Assembly (NCBI GenBank): GCA_000002435.2
Contig: CM018791.1
Reading direction: 5' to 3' (one strand)
DNA: 64,000 bases
Source: Giardia intestinalis
Taxonomy: Eukaryota
Under the pieces are notes generated by a model. It was given only the letters and a program-made list of their open reading frames with translations. It was not told the DNA's origin and did no database searches. The translations under genes were made by a program, and so were the position numbers. Of the stretch, positions 58,701 through 64,000 are shown piece after piece. Numbering within the stretch: the first letter of the stretch is position 1; each line of letters begins with the position of its first letter.

Positions 58701-61700
58701 CCAACTGTGCCGTATTAGACCCCTGTCTCCACTGAACGGCTGATTCAAGGGCGATTGCCGTTACCAAGATGATACCTTACATTGACTTCTAAGAGCTGTC
58801 TTTGCATATATTACGCTGCTTAGTACTGCGCTCAAACGAAGCTTGCTATTGCTCCGCATCTATTGTGGATTGGAAGAGCAGTTAGCACTCTCAGTGGTCC
58901 ATGTGGTAATCGGAAGCCAGGGAAGTCTAAGTTGAGTGAGAAGCTTGAGAAGCGAGTAGCAGCCCTTATACTCCTCTGCCGGGTGATACAGAGAACTGGC
59001 TCGTTCCTTAGCGTCGATAGTTCTTCAGAATGCACGTTTCTTTGTTTGAGACCTGCATGCTTCGGATTGTCCTCTGTTGCCAGCAGAGCAGCCACCGCCC
59101 TGTGTGTCTCCTTCAGGCACATGCCCATCTATGACGGCGCCTCCTGCCTCTTCTCTGGAGAGGCATAACCGTCCCAATCCAGACACCTTGCTCTCAGCAC
59201 GCATCTCGTATCCAGCAGAAGCCAGGGGCTCATCAACCATATTCCATGAGCATCAGCGCTGTGCCGCTATGTTACTTCCTGTTCTTCTTGAGGGGAGTGC
59301 TCTGACCATCCCAGTGTCTCTATGATAGAAGAGCTGTGGATCCAGAGATGATTGTTGCTTTCTGGCCCTCTCTTCTGTTCAGTAGACTGCGAGAGCGCCC
59401 TTCAGGAGTCGGTCCCCCAACCTTCTGTTCTCTCGGGGAAGTGGTCCTTGGATAGTGCCACTTGGATGATTCTCGAAGCCTCACTGCACGGGTGCTGCTT
59501 TACAAACACTCCTGGCTGAAGCTGGACCCGAATCCTCCTAGAGTTACCTGCTGGCCCAGTCCTTGATTGCTATCAGCAGAGGTCTCAACCTTCCAAGGAC
59601 ATCTCGGGGACAATACGTTTGGCCCACGTCAGCGCCACTTCCTGGCAGGGGCATGCAGAAGATCTGCTCCCTCTTGTAGATCCATCATTGGTATCGAGAG
59701 CACTGCGCCTGCTATCCTCGCTGGAAGTGTCGGTAGACTGTGCCCCGTATCTATCCCATTGAAGAGTTGGAGGTCCGCCAGGGACAGCGAAGAGGATTTC
59801 ATCAAAACTCTGATAGTAGATTTGCCATCATGGCAGCCATAACGTAAATAAGGCCACCAGCTGTCTGATCCCTGCAACTTCCGGGGTGAGACGCCAGGAG
59901 GCGTGGCTGGTTCAGACTAGTGAGGGCTACTCTTGTCATAGCAGGCTCAGAAAGTAGGGAGCAGATGACGTACCTGATGTCCCTCAACGTACGCATGCAG
60001 CCTGGAAACCGTGCTCAAAGCACCGAGGCCTGCAGGGGAGTGGCATCCGAACAGGCCCGACAGTTATGACTGCTTCTGAGGACAAGTCAGCGTGACTAAA
60101 CGAGAACATGAGAACTCACAGAGACCCTCACAGTTTTGATGTCTGGGAGAACGCGGGGGCTGACCACTCCAAGGTTGTCCATCTCATGAGCTGGTTTCCG
60201 ATAGCAGGCATAACAAGGAAGTGTCCTCCAGTCATACACAATTTCATGCCAGCTCATCTCAGGGTAAAGCATCCTTGTCTGGCTTGCCAGTCCATCCATG
60301 ACGGCAGCAGATGTGTCAGCATTCCATATCATCGGCCACTTTGCTGCTGCACAGTCAGAGTACTGCTCGTGGCATTGCTTGCTGATGCTCTGCATAAGGC
60401 CATGTTCCCGTGGCAGTGACAGGTGAGTCTCTTCGTATCTGTAGTTCATCACAGGTACGGCTTCTCTTGGGTCTTCCACTTCTACGTCTGTCTGGTATCT
60501 CACCTCAATGCGAGTGGCCAGCTGCTGTTATTAGATCTTGCAGTATAACTATTACGCATGTGTGTGTCCATCAAGACTACCATATGAGGCTATACACATC
60601 TGGAGTTCTGTTTAGCAGTTATCAGACTCGATATCAAGATGGCACGGGGACAACACTCCCATTGGTCGCCGGGGACATGAATCATCATACAAGCCGCATA
60701 GTGCACCAGAGGCAGCACGACGGTGGAGGGCATGCCTGGAGGTAGATGGCGCCTACAGCAAGTGGCATGCTGTCGTTGTCAGTACAACGGGCATAGTGGC
60801 TACTGGACCCACACTTTAGCAACCTCAGTCGAAGCAGCTGCACATTGAAGGAACAAGTTATAAGTCTCGCCCGCACTGTTGGGTGGTGCTCTGCCTTGAT
60901 GCTAACTCAGCGGACCAGCCCTCACATCGGTGACGGGGAGCAGGACACCGCGCTGGTCACGTGATAAGATGCCTTCACACAATATTCTAACTATTCTAAG
61001 TCACGTTGGAAAGTGGCTAGCCCTTTTGTACTCCTCCTCTCTGAACGGGACTGGAGACACTTAAGGCCCCTTTTAAAGTCTCAGTATCATGGAACCACTG
61101 CCAGGCAACAAACCTTGTACTGTATAGCATGAGAGTCTTTAGGACATATAAAAAGCTGTGCGACCATAGCAACACGTCTTCGTTCACAGGTGCTAGCGGA
61201 ATCGATGGGCACTAGTGAAGCATATTAGCGGGTAGACGACATACTGATTCAGGCACTCTGCGTGCGGTCATGCCCCACAGCTCTCGTAATGGGCCACGGG
61301 CGGCTTGAGGACCGGTGCTCTATGACGGCGCGAGTGTGGAGTGGTGTGCCCAGAGCATCGCCGGACCGATAGCTTCAGCGCGGCATCCAACACGGTACAG
61401 CAGGGAGTTCAAGCCAGCTGAGCATTGGACCAGGCCCTGGATGGGAATTGAGGGTTCCTGTGCACGACTGGGCTACTCTCTAGATGGGACAGGGTGCACA
61501 GTGAGCTGGGTGGGTGCGATGCTGTAAGGTATCCATAGTCGTGTCGATGCATCTGGTAAGTCCACACTGCCGGACAAGCCAAGAAGACCTGAGGGGTAAT
61601 GGTGCCGTCTTGTTATCGCTATGCAGTACTTTAGGGCACGTAGCTAAAGATGTATCCCCTGATGGCTGGGAAAAGGGCAGAGCTAAATGAATAGTGACTA

Positions 61701-64000
61701 TGCCCATCATGAGCAGCTCCAGATGCTACCCAATCACTCCCTGGAAGCGCATATATCTCAGATAGGTGACACTACATTCAGAGTAGAAGAGGAAGTTGTG
61801 CACTGTCTGACCTGCCATTCAGGACCATGTGCGGATAAAAGGTAGCCCAGCGACTGACGCTCTGCATCACCTCCTCGTCCGCGACTTAAGCAACCAGAAG
61901 TCAGCCTCGATATGCAGGACAGGGGCTGCGAGGAGTAAACTCACCACGGGCCCGATTGTCTGACACCAAAAAATCCGGGACGACGACGGCAGCCGCTGTC
62001 TCCCTAGGAGGATGTATTATGCACGGTATCGACCTTGGTCCCCTAGACGGATTGTTTGGGGCACTCTGCACTAGCCCTGACTTCTGAGGCATTACAGCCT
62101 GTGAATAGCACAAAGTGAGGCAAAAAGATATATAGATGGTGTGTCGCTTTTATGGAGAGGTACTCCAACTTTTAGATGCGCACAGCTGCACCGGGATAGG
62201 CAGTTCACCTGGCTTACATTGGTGGCCTGCCCGCCGCCACATTTGTTGCGACAAGAAGCTGCACTTGTCCAATAGATTGAACAAGCATTACAGCGGCTTC
62301 TCTGATGATCCATGCATAGCCATGTGCCGTCCTAGTAGGTAGCATAGATACCATAATATCTAACCCATCTGTTGCTAGCAAGGAATAGCAGTTAATCGCA
62401 CTAGATACCCTTTTAGGCAGGCATACAGTTTCTGTACTTGCACTTCCACCAGTTGTAATGACAAATGTACATTCAGAAAGGTGTTATGGAACGCTCTGCT
62501 GCCTTTCAAGGTGAGACCTAGACCTACATATAAAGCTAAAGGCAGAACTCTACACATCAATTGTTATGATATTAGTGTGGTGACCGGTTTGGACTAAGGC
62601 ACGCTCCTCACCTATCTATGTGCTTGTTTGCATGCTCGCTGCTAGCGTTGGACAGGACTGCGAGAGGGTCTGCCTCGGGCTGCACCCTCTTTATAACACT
62701 TACCCCTTGATGACACACCTTAACAAAGGAGGATGTCGGCTAAGTGCGTAGAAGGCTGCCCGTGCATGGCGATTCCTGGAGAACCGGTTCATACAGAGAA
62801 GGTAGGGGTGACCAGCGGACCAGTTGGGCAAGGCTGGTGCTAGAGAGGCCAGCTACCGGTCTGGATTGCAATAGGGACACCTGTAGTATCTTTCTGCCCT
62901 TCGAGTGTGGAAAGATCGTGAGGCCCGCTGACAAGCTGGACGCTGCTTTTTGATTTTATGCATTTGTAGCAGCATAATATCTATTGGGGTCCACTTCGCT
63001 TGAAACCGAGGAAGCTTAAGTTCTCTCCGTATACAGGCAAGGATCATTTGTAGAGGTATACTGCGCAGGCTGGTATCAGTCGGCGTGGTTGCTGTCCGCA
63101 GATGTCTCACCTACGTCTTCTCATGGCAGATGATCATCAACAACACTTTTCGGCCACGTGGTGTTCTACAGTGTACCTTCACCTTCGACCAAAGGTTGGC
63201 ACACGCATTATGTAGTTTAGATTGCTCATCACCCAGGGTGGTATAGTCAGCTCCTGTCCCTTGCTTGTCCATCTCGTGCAACCATTTATTGATGGCCTTT
63301 CTAGATCAACAGGTGCCTCCATCGGTCCCACAAAGGAATGTGTCATGCAGGCGGCCACTACAGGTTAGGGTCTTCCTACCAAGGAAAAGGGTCAATCGGT
63401 TTACTGCGTGGGGATCCTCTGTGCGTCTCATATAGGCCTGACAGCCCTTGTGCCCCAGTATCTCCTCGCAAGCCGCTGTTTGGAGTCCACATGCATATGA
63501 TTAGCACCACGCATTTGGTTTCAACAAACTATTTAGGGCGTTAGACCCTTTGCACTGCACACTGAGTATGCTCAGCGTGGGAGGTACACAATCAGCATTG
63601 GTCTTCTCGGCTTATTGTATGTATAATATTACTGTTGCTTCGTATTCAACTAGTGGTCCAGCTCATGACCTTGAGCGCAGATGATGGCCCGTCAACGGGT
63701 ATTAGCGGCGATCGTGGCACGTACTTCCACTAGGGCACGGCCTCCTGGGTAGGGGCATAAGTGGACTTCTGTTATTCTGCGGGTTTGCTGCTCCCTCGGA
63801 TAGCAAAGATTGGAGTAGCCCAGACTAGCATTGATCATCTCCGAGTCTCCATCTGTCCTCGTTGTCTGAGGTAGGCTTGATTTCATAAACTGGAAGGCAC
63901 TGCACTGTACTCTGGATCTGCGAAATTCAATTAGGCAGGGCTGCTATCTCGGTGACTGCACTGATGTAGCCTCACACCCCGTAGGACCTACAGGGAGCAT
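55741..64000. other. 8.2-kb ORF-poor block (no ORF over 140 aa on either strand), putatively non-coding or decayed
   Basis: Upstream of this block, coding occupies at least 85% of the sequence. Here stop codons occur at roughly random-expectation density in all six frames, with about 50% GC. There are no tandem repeats, no rRNA signature motifs and no telomeric TAGGG arrays. A GC-richer sub-block at about 56.2-57.0 kb gives overlapping 130-aa ORFs in all three + frames. This is stop depletion, not a convincing protein. Confidence 0.5.

Noticed and set aside
55741-64000. Possible rDNA, telomeric repeats or a satellite in the ORF-free block
   Set aside because: No universal SSU/LSU motifs (for example GTGCCAGCAGCCGCGGTAAT, GTACACACCGCCCGTC). 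No TAGGG or other tandem arrays. No visible periodicity.

Overview
The window reads as compact, essentially intron-free eukaryotic (protist) nuclear DNA. It is about 49% GC overall, with genes tightly packed on both strands and separated by short, AT-rich spacers, often under 120 bp. By inference only (no searches were run), the AT-rich initiator-like sequences abutting ATGs, AGTRAAY/TGTAAAY-like motifs downstream of several stops, the compaction and the gene content look diplomonad/Giardia-like.

The supplied ORF track treats GTG/TTG/CTG as 'M'. I moved several starts to the first in-frame ATG.

I call about 26 protein-coding genes. The identifiable ones are:
- a partial dynein heavy chain (N-terminal tail plus linker motif, running off the left edge);
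- a 2730-aa orphan ORF;
- a DEAD-box helicase;
- an enlarged papain-family cysteine protease;
- asparaginyl-tRNA synthetase;
- a serine palmitoyltransferase (LCB2-type);
- a phosphopantetheine adenylyltransferase;
- a dynamin-related GTPase with a Gly/Pro-repeat insert;
- a P4-type ATPase (flippase);
- a WW-domain protein;
- an Sm-like protein;
- a WIPI/Atg18-type beta-propeller (PROPPIN);
- two large cysteine-rich EGF-like type-I membrane proteins (HCMP/VSP-like).

The remainder are coiled-coil, polytopic-membrane or orphan proteins.

Two structures stand out:
- A GC-rich island of about 4.1 kb (roughly 27.3-31.4 kb) whose edges fall inside ORFs.
- An 8.2-kb terminal block (55.7-64.0 kb) with no ORF over 140 aa on either strand, which is anomalous for so gene-dense a locus.

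No rRNA, tRNA, CRISPR array, telomeric repeat or intact mobile element was recognised.
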